Below are positions 1 to 18,210 of a stretch of DNA of 64,000 nucleotides, piece by piece. The stretch lies in the NCBI RefSeq assembly GCF_009914755.1, contig NC_060934.1; one strand, given 5' to 3'. The DNA is from the human T2T-CHM13v2.0 reference genome, Homo sapiens. The position numbers and the translations under genes were made by a program. A model generated the notes under the pieces. It saw nothing but the letters and a program-made list of their open reading frames with translations. It had not been told where the DNA came from and searched no databases. Each line of letters starts with the position of its first letter. Within the stretch, counting starts at the first letter, position 1.

Positions 1-150
1 CTGGAGGGGACCTCTAGCAAACTCCAACAGACCTGCAGCTGAGGGTCCTAACTGTTAGAAGGAAAACTAACAAACAGAAAGGACATCCACACCAAAAATC
101 CATCCGTACATCACCATCATCAAAGACCAAAAGCAGACAAAACCACAAAG

Positions 151-1230
151 ATGGGGAAAAAACAGAGCAGAAAAACTGGAAACTCTAAAAAGCAGAGCGC
201 CTCTCCTCCTCCAAAGGAATGCAGTTCCTCACCAGCAACGGAACAAAGCTGGATGGAGAATGCTTTGACGAGCTGAGAGAAGAAGGCTTCAGATGATCAA
301 ACTACTCTGAGCTGACGGAGAATGACTTTGACGAGTTGAGAGAAGAAGGCTTCAGATGATCAACTACGCTGAGCTACAGGAGGAAATTCAAACCAATGGC
401 AAACAAGTTAAAAACTTTGAAAAAAAAAATTAGATGAATGTATAACTAGAATAACAAATGCAGAGAAGTGCTTAAAGGAGCTGATGGAGCTGAAAGCCAA
501 GGCTCGAGAACTACGTGAAGAATGCAGAAGCCTCAGGAGCCGATGAGATCAACTGGAAGAAAGGGTATCAGTGATGGAAGATGAAATGAATGAAATGAAG
601 CAAGAAGGGAAGTTTAGAGAAAAAAGAATAAAAAGAAACGAACAAAGCCTCCAAGAAATATGGGACTATGTGAAAAGACCAAATCTACGTCTGACTGGTG
701 TACCTGAAAGTGACGGGGAGAATGGAACCAAGTTGGAAAACACTCTGCAGGATATTATCCAGGAGAACTTCCCCAACCTAGCAAGGCAGGCCAACGTTCA
801 GATTCAGGAAATACAGAGAACGCCACAAAGATACTCCTCGAGAAGAGCAACTCCAAGACACATAATTGTCAGATTCACCAAAGTTGAAATGAAGGAAAAA
901 ATGTTAAGGGCAGCCAGAGAGAAAGATTGGGTTACCCACAAAGGGAAGCTCATCAGAGTAACAGCAGATCTCTCGGCAGAAACTCTACAAGCCAGAAGAG
1001 AGTGGGGGCCAATATTCAACATTCTTAAAGAAAAGAATTTTCAACCCAGAATTTCATATCCAGCCAAACTAAGCTTCATAAGTGAAGGAGAAATAAAATA
1101 CTTTACAGACAAGCAAATGCTGAGAGATTTTGTCACCACCAGGCCTGCCCCAAAAGAGCTCCTGAAGGAAGCACTAAACATGGAAAGGAACAACAGGTAC
1201 CAGCCACTGCAAAAACAGGCCAAATTGTAA
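151..1230 (+). pseudogene. L1 ORF1p, disrupted
   Basis: ORF track 571-1230 is the ORF1p C-terminal part. The N-terminal part carries TGA stops, indels and a 62-bp duplication. Confidence 0.95.
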
Positions 1231-1293
1231 AGACGATCAAGGCTAGGAAGAAACTGCATGAACTAACGAGCAAAATAACCAGCTAACATCATA

Positions 1294-5225
<3,932 letters not shown>

Positions 5226-5918
5226 TGATGAGTTAATGGGTGCAGTACACCAACATGGCACATGTATACATATGTAACAAACCTGCACATTGTGCACATG
5301 TACCCTAAAACTTAAAGCATAATAATAATAAAACAAAATAGAAAATTAATCACTTACTGTTTTTAAGTCATTTATAATATTTACTCTGACTGTTGTCAAT
5401 AAGATCCCTCATATCTCTAAATAAACCCTTTTAAAGATACTGAATAAACTCCTTAGAGAATACTGATGGGATGCTATTTGCTATTTTCTCACAAATAATG
5501 CTCACTCCTTGCCTGTCCCGAAGTATTAAGATAAAACCAAGCACATTAATCAATTTTCACCAAAATATATTCAATAAAGAAGATCATTTTATCAAGCAAA
5601 GTAAATATATTTGTAAGGATTTATCTGAAATGTGAAGCTGCTACTATTGAATCTTCCCTCTTTATTAATGATTTTTTAAAAGAGAATGTAATATAACAAA
5701 AATCACTTATTAATTTTGATGGTACCACACTATGAAATTTTCTGACACTAAGTATTACTTTCCAATAGAAATCATCACATTCATATTGACCTTTGGTATG
5801 ACTGTAATAATCCTCTACTTTGTGTTAAATGAGGCAGTGATACCACTGAGCCAAATTGAATGACTTAATGCATTTTCTGATTTTTTCTGAGTAAAATATA
5901 TTTTTAAATAATAAAGTT

Positions 5919-6230
<312 letters not shown>

Positions 6231-6489
6231 TTATCTGTGATTGTGAACAAACATCTACACACAGTTGTGAATTTGAATTTTTAATTATGCGCTGCTATGA
6301 CATTGAGTGATGAAAAAAGAATTATTCTTTGTAAATTATATGTTACTAGATGAGGTCACCATCAACTGATTTGTTGGCAAATCAATTAAAAAGTCAAAAA
6401 CATTTTTGACTAATCTACATACATTCAATCAACATCCATCTTCTCTATTTCAATCACATATGCTCTTTCTCATCTTCTCCAGCTATCTT

Positions 6490-6880
6490 CTTGCCATTTC
6501 TTAAACTTATCAGCATATTCATCTTCAGAGTCTTTGAATTTATTCCTCTGTCTATAATGTAAATTCCCTGGATGAATGCATGGCTCACATCTTCAGTCTT
6601 AACTTTATGCAGTTTTGCTCTAATGTAATTTCCTCAAAGAAACAAGTCGTCTATCTGAAACAGCATCACTGCCTCCTCAGTTGTTAATCACACCTTGGTT
6701 TCTTGCTCTGTTTCGTTTTTACTCCCTGTCTCTATCTCCATGTGGAAAGTGGTTTTGCCTGTTTTCTTCTCTGATGCATCGCCAGTACCAGAACAGATTC
6801 TCACACAATATAGAGTGTCAATAATCATACCTTGAAGAAATAACTAAGCAAACAAATGATTAATGAAATGACTGATTGAA
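6490..6880 (+). mobile_element. L2 3' fragment
   Basis: Diverged L2-like 3' end terminating in TGAA-like repeats; boundaries approximate. Confidence 0.6.
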
Positions 6881-9560
6881 CAACAAAATTATGTATTGGG
6901 CATGTGTTCAAGATTGTTTGTAACAGGGAAGGAGAGAATTGCAAGCAGGTGGTCTTTACTTACATTCTATTTCAGCTGTTTTGTTGTAAAAATGAAGACA
7001 AATTTGGGAGAATAATTTTAATACTAAACTTTGACTAGGAACTATTGTCTTTCTTACTCAAAACCAACTTAAGAAGCAACACTCTCAACCACACCCAGGT
7101 CTGACAACTCAAAGCACTGCTCTGTAAAATTGTAAATTTTCAAAAGCAAACACACAAATGACAGTAAAAGCAATATCATAGTTTCCAATGTGTCCTGAGG
7201 TACATGAAAAGAGCTTAGTGCTAACCAGGTCAGCATTTTTGGAATGAGAACCAAGGATTACTGTATGACAAAATGGAGAATCTAGAAAGCAAAAACTTGG
7301 ATCAATAATAAACAAAATCTTGATTCTTGACATCAATGGCAAGTTGCTTTGGTGGATTTTTTAAAAAAGCACTCAATATATTAGTATATATCTACATTTT
7401 GTTGAATAAACCCATTTGAATTTAACCAAAAGTAGTGTACTTTAACAGTGCGTAGATTATAACAATTTCATAAAAATTTTATATTGAGTATACTTAACAG
7501 ATTCATTTCTATTCATACTGAAAAGTAATTATACATTCTTTGCTTAAACTACACTACCTGATATAAATATAAAATAAATGCTCATTTTAGTATATATGTC
7601 AAATTTGTATGAAGTAGTCATAGATGAAGGGATAGCAAGTACTTTCATGTTCTTTAAATCACATGACATACTTACATTTAGTTGAATTACATAAGTAATT
7701 CAATTTAGGAATACTTGGCATTTGAATATTTGTTTTGAAAACTGCTGTAGGAAATATTTTAAGTCCAAAATATTTTCAAGATAGTTTTTGAATTACTATT
7801 TATATCTAGCAATTGCTAAGAAACTTTATACTGTTGATTACTGCACTCTATTCAAAAGTGAAGGTAGTGATCAGATTTTCAGTGTCTTAACAGGGAAGAA
7901 ACTCACAGTCCAATTGTCTCAGCAACACAAATCCGAAGTCTAACAGTCAATATTTGATCATAAGGAATGGAAGAAATGAAATAACTGTTTACGGCAAAAG
8001 GAAATTTAGAGAAGAAAGGCCTTAAAGACAGGGAATGGTAAAATCTAAGACCTCAAGAGAGCCCGTGTAAGGAAGAGAGGATGGAGAAATACTGCTTAGG
8101 AAAGTTCTGTACAAAGAAAATCTTCATGACCTTTATTTCAAAGCCAGTAATTGAACTTTGGTGCTTCCTCCCCTCTTACATCGATAAATTTCCACAAGCA
8201 ACTCACTCCCCAAATAACTTTTAAAAAATTATACAATCTAAATGTAAACTTCTTCATTGAGTCCATCATGGCATCCTTGGTTGATGTTGCTTTCAAATTA
8301 TGGAGACAACTCAGATTTACCTTTCATTTCCCAAATTTACTGAGAGTGTACAATATATTTTAAACTTTAAATTCATGAAGCTCCTTCAGGGTGGGTTTTC
8401 TAATCTCTCACGTAGTGATATCCTTTTGTCTCTGCATCTGTCCATTTCTGTACAGTCACAGTGGTGTGTTCCAACCATGACTTAAAATCATTTTCTCCTT
8501 CTCTTTACGTAGCAGTGCCTGTACACTTCGGCAGATTCTGAGAATTAGTTTGAATGAGTGGTTCCAAAGTATGTTTAATGTCAATCTATAGTTGCTGTAA
8601 AGCAGCCAAGGACTCTGATGTGGCTGGCACTCAGTGGCAGGTCTTTAAGTAGTCCCAGAGTAACTGTCCCCACCTCTCTTCTTTCAGTAAGGCTTCAATG
8701 CTATAAGCAACTTAGAGTCAAGAGAAACTAGAAAATATCTGTTCAGAAAGGTATTTTAGACATTCTCACTTAATTAAACATAGATAATGTGATCTGTTTC
8801 TCTAAATCCATTCTCCCCTCAAAATGAAATTACATACTAAATACGCTCTACATGCTAGTTCAAGAGCTTTCTGGTGGTAGTCAGGAACTAACATATCTCT
8901 TTGTGTGTCCACTTTGCCCCTTTACAACGTAAGCTTAGTATTACCAGCAATTGTGATGAAAATAATCTCTTGTTCAGCCCAAGATGATGTAATGAATCTG
9001 TCATTAAGGTGCTGTTGAGGACAAAGATCAGGAATTGAAAGCATCTAACAGAGCCCAGGATGAGAAAGAAGTTTATGGATCTCTGCCTGTTAAATTCATA
9101 ATTCTTCCAAGCATGCACATATGTATAAATGCACTTGACATATATATTCACAAAGAATATTTCTGTCCCACAAATTATAAAAGTCTTTGAGAGATAGAGA
9201 CATGTGTATAAATAAGTGTTCTATAAATGTAGCTCAATGACTTACATAAACAATTAGCTATAATTTAAAAAATGAGCTATTTAGATGCTTTGCTTTAGTA
9301 GTGAATGTATTTAGATATAGAGATTATTTAGCAATAGACATCAGTTAAGTGAGCCACAGGCAATTTGACTTCAAGTAAATTTACTAATTTAGCTGATTAA
9401 AGATTTGTTAGGCCTTTCTTTTCAAAGAAGCTTCAAAGCCTTTAAAAATGAGTGCTCATCATTCTGGTAAAATAGGAAACCCACATGTTTTATTACTACC
9501 AATTAAAAGATACTGGAAAGGAGAAATTAAGAGAGTATAGAGCAAGGCTAAAAATAAGTA

Positions 9561-9896
<336 letters not shown>

Positions 9897-11917
9897 TGAT
9901 TGCCTAAAGAAAAATATAAAAACATTTGCATGGATTGTTTCCCTTAGATTTTTAAGACAAAAATGATTAAAGCACTACATTATAATATCTGGCAGAGGTT
10001 CATTTGATCACCATATTTTTAGAAATTTAATGCAAAAGAGAAATGCAAAACATTTACTCTCTAGATCAGTATTTATACTTCTTGTGATGACTTAAATAAC
10101 TCTGGCAGCTTTCTGAGTAGTTGGCAGTTTCTACAAAATATGCCAAGTAAGGAGCACAACATTAGTATACTATATCATGTCATTTTCTTCTAAAACACAA
10201 ATATTGAACTTTTACCACCTGCTACTGTACAGCAGTGCTATGGCAACATCTTCGTAGAGTTCCTAAGCTCCTTTGAAAAGTAGGATCTAATCAGCACAAA
10301 AGGAAATAAACTATCATCATTGCTGTTGCTATAATTACCTAGTTGGCAAAATAAGCTCTATCTATACAGAATCACACATTAAAACAAATTTGCTTAGGAA
10401 AACTAAATGTTTTATTTCAGCCCAGCTTACATTTTCAAATGAATTGGTTAACAATTAGAAAAGAAATTGTTGATAAACCTTGCATTATGTTTATTGAATT
10501 TTTATTTCTGGTTAAAAAGGTTAACTGTTTTCACTGTGGAATATTTAGAAAATATAGATTTCTTTCTTTAAAAATAGTTAGCCATAAGGAAGCCATAATT
10601 CATCACTGTAACAGAGAATCTTTTTTCATATATCTTTTACTTTATAGTATTTTAATATTTTTTCTCTACTGTAGACACATTTGGGATTTATTTCCAACTT
10701 ACATAAATGCATCATAATAACTGTAACTCCATATGATTTTATTATGAATAAGGATAGATTTTAAAAACATAATCAAAATGTTCACATTTTTGTAATTACT
10801 TAATGTGGCAAATATTTTATTAATACTTAAATTTGTTTAATCAGAGGCCAGCAGTACTGTAGATATTTCTGAGTGATTTCACAGAATGTGTGGGAATATA
10901 CATCTGCGTCAATTCTTTAAATGAGTAAAAGGAGCATCTGTAATGCAGCAAAATCAATCATGAAGAAGTAACTGATGCAGGAATTGCCTATACAGGTTTC
11001 CAAAGTACATGTACGCGTGTAGATTGAGTTACAAGAAAAAGGTCACTTTCTAATAAGGCAACTGACAATTATTTTGTAAAAAATATGAAAGTGCAAGCAC
11101 ATACTTTAGAACAAATATTAGGTACAAGCTTAATGGAAGAGTCTATCATGTAATTAGCAGACAAAATGAGCCACAGACCACATTTACATACTTAGTTTAA
11201 AATAGAAACAGAGTCCCAAGAGATAACCATTTTACTGCTGCCCAGTTGAGGAGAAAACACTTTCAATATTTCTACATTAACGTTCAGAGAGTCAAGGTGG
11301 CCGATGCAGAACAAAAACACTAATGATAAGGAAAAAAAGTTTTTCCAAAGAAGAACTTGGTATGAATTAGATATTAATTGTTAATTACTTCAGAAGGCCC
11401 AAGTGAAAATTCAGACTTCTTTCTCTGCTCTTGGCCTTATTTCATGTTCCCGCTTTCTAAGCACATTAGGTTTTCCTATTAATCAGTCACAATCACCATG
11501 TCTAATCGGCTGTGGATCTAGATCCTTACCAGATCCCAGCCAATAGAAGTTAGCAATGTAAGGCTTATTTTGTGGACCACTTCTTTGGAGGAATACGTTG
11601 TGTTTCTGTTAGATGATTATACACATGATAGTCAACTTCCAGCCCATATCTGGATGCATTCTTGAGATGACTCTGAATCAAATAATTTCTTTTAAACCAA
11701 AACTAAATATTTATATTAATTGAATGAGACTTTTATAAATTATTCCAAGTAAAGCATGAATTTCCAGAGACTGGCATAATTTAAACCCATACTGGAGGGG
11801 AATTATCCATGGATTTGGGTTGAAACTTTCATTTTAGTACCTCTACTCATAGTAGATTGAGAATTAAAATCTGAAGAAAACCCTCTTAGATAAGACATTT
11901 GTAAAATAAAAAACTCA

Positions 11918-12052
<135 letters not shown>

Positions 12053-12498
12053 TCATTGAGATGTATATTAATATTTAAAAAGGAAAATCTTGCAATCTAA
12101 TTAATATGCATCACTACAATTAATATTATTTAAAAACATTTTATAATAACCACATAGATTCCTTACCACATCATAATACAGTCACTTTGTGCATCACAAA
12201 ACTACTCAAATCTTACTGAGAAAACACCAGCAGGGACCACTGGAGAGCAGAAGTCCTTCAGGACAGAGATAATGGGATGGAAATTTAACCCAAAGAAATA
12301 ACAGAAAGGGATGATTAACAAGGATAAATTGTAATTAAAGCATCACAACAGAAACAAACATAATTGGACTTTAATTGTGATAAAGGGTCTAATTAGAGAG
12401 AGTGAATAGAATTTTAATAATGTTCTAAAGAGAATAAAACAAAGACAGACAAGCAATGCTCATGAGGTTGTTTGGGGTTTTTATTTTTGTCATCTTAC

Positions 12499-12513
12499 CC
12501 TCATATTGCCAGT
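12499..12513 (-). CDS. PCDH15: PCDH15 15-nt alternative microexon encoding (D)WQYE
   Basis: Minus strand reads ttttgactccag|ACTGGCAATATGAGG|gtaaga. It is phase 1/1, and joining it to the 66-nt exon gives D-W-Q-Y-E-D-C-K-L-A-R, the known long PCDH15 N-terminal isoform. Confidence 0.94.
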
Positions 12514-13121
12514 CTGGAGTCAAAAGTATAGAGTCATCAATGGAAGCAGATCAGAAAAATGGAAGAAAGAAAGGAAGAGAGAATATATGTATATATTTAG
12601 TGAGAGATTTAAGGATATAAAAAGCATTATACAATAACATTATCTAATGATTTGTGGAAATAGAATATATAAAATCCCTATCAGATTTCCTACTTCTAAT
12701 ATAATGTTAACACATTCACTGGATAATACACATCATTAGCATTTTAAAAGCCGTTACAAAAAAGACTAGAAAATAACATAAAGTAAATTGGTATTTTTCT
12801 TACGAAAAGGTAAATACGAATTACTTATGAACAGTCTGTTATCTGTATGCTGAAAAAACTTTAAGAATAGTGCCTGTCAATCAGTAGTGATGATTAATTC
12901 ATTATTTCAAACACTGCTAATATCCTTCCAGGTATCACATGATAATGAACATAAAAAATAGTATGAGCTATAATATCCATGACAGTTGAAATGTGAAAAC
13001 TTTGCCTGCAGGATGTCAAATGTGCACCTCTGAGACATAAAGTACTCTACTAGGAAATACTTTGTGAGGCAGAGAGGGCTATGTCATGCAGTTATACATA
13101 CATGGCACACTCCTGTACAGC

Positions 13122-14011
13122 AGTGCAAATTAATTTTGCTTGAAGTTTTCCAAATTTGTGTGTTATTTGGGAAATAATTTCAAGGTTTATTTACTTATTA
13201 AAATTCTGCCATTTATTATGTACATATACATGAATAATTAGGCCTTCAGGAAGCACTATTCTGTATTGTAAGGTATGTACGCTCTCATATGAAGCAAAGA
13301 AGCTGGGAGATCTACACATTTTCTCTCTTTACACTTGTCAATATTGAAGGAGTTCCAAGTCATAACATTTTCAGATCTAAAATATCTCACACTCATTACG
13401 CCTCTTCCTCTCCTTATGCCCTCCTACAGAGCCCAGCACTACACTATTTGTCATCTCTGCTCTTGATTTAGTTTCCTCGCTGATCTCCCAGAAGTCTTGT
13501 TCTCATCCTGCATTCATCTATTCCTTTCATGAGAATGATTTTCATGTACCCAAATCAAAAGTGAAATAATAGCATTCCTCTGAACAAAAACCTTACATGT
13601 TTCTTTTGGAGAAAATGAAAAAAAAATCAGAAGAACAAAGTTTCTTCACATGGCCTTAACATCCTTTATTGAGAATTAAGCAACCTGTCCTTCAATTACA
13701 TGAATCCTCTTACTGTTGCTGGAATGTAGCCTGTATTTTTAGCAAAATTTTGTTATCTAAATTCATTGTTGCCTTTTTTTGCCTAGCAAATCTCTGCTTC
13801 TTTTTGTAGAATTAGATATTTCACATATTTGCACCTAGTGCGAATTAATTTTGATTAAAGCCTTCCAAATTTTCATGTTACTTGAAAAATGATTTCAACA
13901 TTTCTTTATTTATTTACTGTTTTATAAAATTCCTCCAATTATTATGTACATAGAAATGAATAATTAGGCTTTGGAAAGCACTGTATTGTAAGGTATGCAC
14001 TCTCTCATATG
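13122..14011. repeat. Diverged ~170-bp direct duplication (13122-13291 and 13837-14011) with an L2-like fragment between the copies
   Basis: Colinear shared blocks: aattaattttg, ttccaaattt, tttattatgtacata, atgaataattaggc, ctgtattgtaaggtatg, ctctcatatg. Confidence 0.9.
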
Positions 14012-14259
14012 TACACACACACACATATACACACACTCATGTCACTGTGTGCCAATGCCATAATACCTACTGAAAATAGATAAAAATTATGTATTTTAGT
14101 GTGAATGTTGGTAGAGGAATAAATATTTAATCAACAACTTTATGGGCAAGCAGAATATAGAATAATAAAAGAAGGGGAAATTTGGATATAAATATTTTTG
14201 AACCTTTTTACAGTTTGTTACTATTAAGTTTAAAAGTAGGCTTTATGAAGCTAAGCCAA

Positions 14260-14650
14260 ATAATATCTTCATATTCCAGCCCTTCCTCACTCTCCGCCTT
14301 TCCCATTCTCAAAGTTAATTCTCCATTCATACCAAACCAAATTTATGTTTTTTGCATCAACTGTTAAAATATACTTTCCACTCTTCTTCCCCTGGTTAAT
14401 TTTATTCCTTTTTCAGGAATCTGCCTACGCATCACCTCTTCTTGAAAATCCTTCTCGTTGTCATTCTAGATTAAGTCCTTATTCTCTGTATTCCTGCAGT
14501 ACACACTGTATCCCATTGGACTAATTGCCCCATTGGCACAATACTAATGTGTCTTTCTCTCTCACAAGAGCTTCTTCAGACCATGCCTGCATCATTTTCA
14601 CCTTGGTAACCTCAGAACATGATACTGGTCCTGAAAGAATGTTTGTTGAC
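14260..14650 (+). mobile_element. L2 fragment
   Basis: Pyrimidine-rich L2-like 3' sequence (catcacctcttc...gaatgtttgttga); boundaries approximate. Confidence 0.55.
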
Positions 14651-15869
14651 TTTTTCCACAATGTAGTCTGCTAAGCTACAATCTTCCATTAAAACCTCTC
14701 CATGAGAGCAGCTCAGAAGTCTCTGTTCTCACTAACCCCTCAATAGCAGAAACAGCCCAGAAGAAGCTGCTTAACTACATTTTCTCCTGCTACAGTACCC
14801 TTAGATAATTCCCACTACGATTTATTATTTTAGTAGATTCAAAATTCTCCCCAATAAAACATTCTTTATATACTACATATACTTCTGGATAAATACAAAA
14901 ATAATTTAAACTTTTTTAAGACTCAAAACACAAAATGAAAAGAGGTTAAGCAGACACATAATAAATAATCTATTAATAACATTGTTCATAACAAAGTGTT
15001 TGTTTTTAAACGATGCATTCACGACAGCATAATTAATTAGTTTTGAAGTGCACAAAAGCATTTTTAATAAGAACAATTATATTTAGAATTGTCTTGGAAA
15101 GAAAGTAATTTGGATGTAATAGCCAACTATATATTATGTATGAAAATATCCAAATGTAAATCAAAGGGAAGACTAGAAAGCAATTTGGGGGATGGGGAGA
15201 TTGTACCCTATGGTCTGTGGATCATCTGTCTGCCACAGGAAAGTCAGGTGAGCTGCTGATACCTGTACCCTGGAAATGGACTTCCTTAATCTATTTAATT
15301 TCACCCTTGACTGTCCTGGTTAAATCACAAATTCATTGTTTTTCATGCCTAAAGTTTCTAGCCTGTTAGGCCTATACTCATTTTCCATATCCAATTTGTG
15401 GTAAAGTACAGGATATGAATACCAATAACTGAATGCTCAGTGTGGCTTATTTCTGCAAACTTGTCACAATGCTAAAAATAAGCCATATATTTAAAAATAT
15501 TCATATGCAATAGATGGGATTTAAAATCCAAAGAGGAGAATTAAAAAGACAAATAATGACTGATCTCACAGATACTAAGCCTGTGATACTCTGTTGTCAT
15601 TGTAGCCTGAATTTTAAGAGCATGTTACAGACAGGTCAGACAAAGGCTTTTGAAAATCTAGGATTTTCCGAATATGCTCATTTCGTAGAAATGAGAGCAA
15701 GCACCCAGGAATTCAAATTCTATTCCCACTTTAGCCTATTCTCAAAATGTTCTTTTAACGTTGATCAATGTGTTTTCAATAAGACTTCAAAACTATTTAC
15801 TTTAAAAAATATATTAACATAGTAATTGCCCTTATATGTTAATAACTTGTGTATTGAATTTCCTACCCA

Positions 15870-16710
15870 TATTTATCTTCTGAGCCTGGGTCCCATTTGC
15901 CCAGACAACTTCTGTACTTGCAATTTCAAAGTTGTCTTAAATGTAGCCCTCCAAATCGCATCCCAGTTGCTATCATAGCCGAAAACTGGATATTTTCAAT
16001 ATATATTATTTCAGTGAATGGCATAATTCTGCACCAAGCCACATAAGTCAGAAACCAGGAAGTCACATTTCATTTTACCCATGTTTCTAGCTTTCCAAAA
16101 TGTACCGATCGATAAGTCTTGAATTTAATTCCTAAAGAAAAACTTGTCATATCCACTCACTGCTTTCAATCTGCAGTGGTACCAGGCTAATCTTGTCTCT
16201 TACCTAATCAAATAGGTTTTCCTAACTGCTTTCCTTACAATCAATCTTGCCCTTACTCTGAGTTAATTTTCTGTCTTTAAGCAGAGTGATCTTTATAATT
16301 AAAACCTTGCTTATTTTTAAAAGAATTTACCATTTATTTTAGGTTATAAGCTAAAATATTTTGGCCATCTACAACTCATCACAAATATGATTCTAGAATG
16401 TAAACTAACATATTTTATATAACCTACAAAGTCCTCCACAATATGCCTTCTCCTTCCCTCTCCAGTCTCATCTATTTCCATGTCCCTCTTTTCCCAAAGC
16501 AAAATAGTTTTTGATCCCTTGACTAGGTAAGGTTTCCCAATATATACTCTCATAACTCTGCCTCATAATATCAATTTATGATTACTTGATTCTTCACAGA
16601 AAGAAAACTCAGTGATAACATTGACCTTGTTTCTATTCCTCACGGTTGTGTCCACAGGGCAGATTTTCCTGGCACATTTTTGATTCCAAGCAATTATTTA
16701 CTGAATGCAA
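15870..16710 (+). mobile_element. L2 fragment
   Basis: L2-like motifs (tcagtgaatggca...agtcagaaaccaggaagtca; cctggcaca...ttactgaatg); boundaries approximate. Confidence 0.6.
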
Positions 16711-16819
16711 AAACAAAGGGCCTCAATCAAATTTGTAACAATAAAATTAAAACAACACTCTGTACATTAATTCCCTTTTTTCTTTTTAATTTTTCAAATG
16801 TCTTTCTCAAGTGCAAGTA

Positions 16820-17410
16820 CAGCAGGTCCTTGAATGACATTGTTTCATTCAATGTCATTTCATTATAACAATGAAAAAAAAAAACAACTAATTCCAGGCC
16901 TGAGCCACTATCTGTGTGGATTTTGCAAGTTCTCCCCAAATCTGTGAGGACTTTCCCTGAGTACTCCAGTCTCCTCCCACATCTCAAAGATGTACATGCT
17001 AGGTTCATTGGCATGGCTACATGGTACCAGTGTGAGTGAGTGTGGGTGTGTGTGTGAGTTGCCCTGAGAAGGAATGGTATCCTGTCCAAGGTGGGTTCCT
17101 GCCTTATGCCCTGAGGTACTGGGCTAGCAGGCTCCCTGATGGGAGGCCCTGAACTGGTAAATAATTATCTCACTTTTTTTGATTAATCTTTCTTAAATGC
17201 ATGTATAGCTCACATTTACTTCAATATTTAATATAAGAAATTTTTGGTCTTTATTTAGAAGTGTGGTGATGTTTTTGTAACCATAACTATGTCATAGGAA
17301 CTTGTTTATATTTTGTTTAGCCTAAAATAAAATTGGTTTCATTTTATGTCATTTCATTGAAAGTCTCAATTTCCAAGAACCTACGGACAATATTAACTGA
17401 AGACTTACTG
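16820..17410 (+). mobile_element. MER6A (TcMar-Tigger DNA transposon)
   Basis: CAGCAGGTCC start and ...CTTACTG end, TA target duplications on both sides (16818-19 and 17411-12), characteristic internal GT-rich segment. Confidence 0.85.
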
Positions 17411-17994
17411 TAATGAGGAAAAAATTGACAGATAATTTGTTGTCTAAAGATAAGGTCATTGGTGACAACTCAGCAGATGTGAAAGGCTACCAATAAAGTA
17501 AGAAAGGTGTAGATAATTCTGCAAGAATTTGAGGTTATTTGGAACAAGTTATGAAAGATTAGAGAGAGCTCACAATAATAGACAAAGTAAAGTGATGAAA
17601 AAAAAGGAGAAAATGTTCACTTGCTTCCAAATGTCTATAATTTCTATTAGAATTCCAAGATGTTTTATGATTTTACCAAACTGTATCTTAAAGGAATAAA
17701 ACTAAGAAATTTCAAATACTAAAGTTTAAATTATATCAAAGATCAACTTACCTTTTTTTTGTCATCTTAGAATTTTTAAGCTATTTCCTTACAAGCTGCC
17801 TAAATCACCAGTGAACTCTGTGGCACCTAGTAGAGTATTTGACTTAACATAATCATTTAATTTATTTGCTGAATTAGGAAATATCTTCCTCTATGGAAAA
17901 TTAACAAAATGAATAATCCATCAAATCCTTAGCTTTAACCATTTCAAATCTTTGGGGGAGTGTTTTAAGATGTTAAAGAAATGGGTTTCTAATA

Positions 17995-18210
17995 TATTAT
18001 AGTGGTTGTGAACATGTGCTTTGGAGTCACAAAACCTAACTTCAAATCCTAACTTTGGTTTTTAATAGTTGTATAATATTGGACAAATTATTTAACCTCT
18101 TGTATTTCATTAATGGGGATAAGAGTAATTACAACTAACTCATATATTTTTACAACAAGGACAAAATGAGGAAATCTATGGTAATTTCTTAGAAGAGTGT
18201 CTGGCAAAAT
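17995..18210 (+). mobile_element. MIR
   Basis: agtggtt...ctttggagtca...ttcaaatcct core with the gtgtctggca end. Confidence 0.75.

Noticed and set aside
11400-11660. CCAAT-like and other motifs downstream of the 66-nt exon as a promoter or enhancer
   Set aside because: Short motifs alone are expected by chance; there is no CpG island or other support in the sequence.
17745-17830. Strong minus-strand donor AAG|GTAAGT near 17750
   Set aside because: No convincing upstream acceptor or open phase-1 frame; isolated donors are common in long introns.
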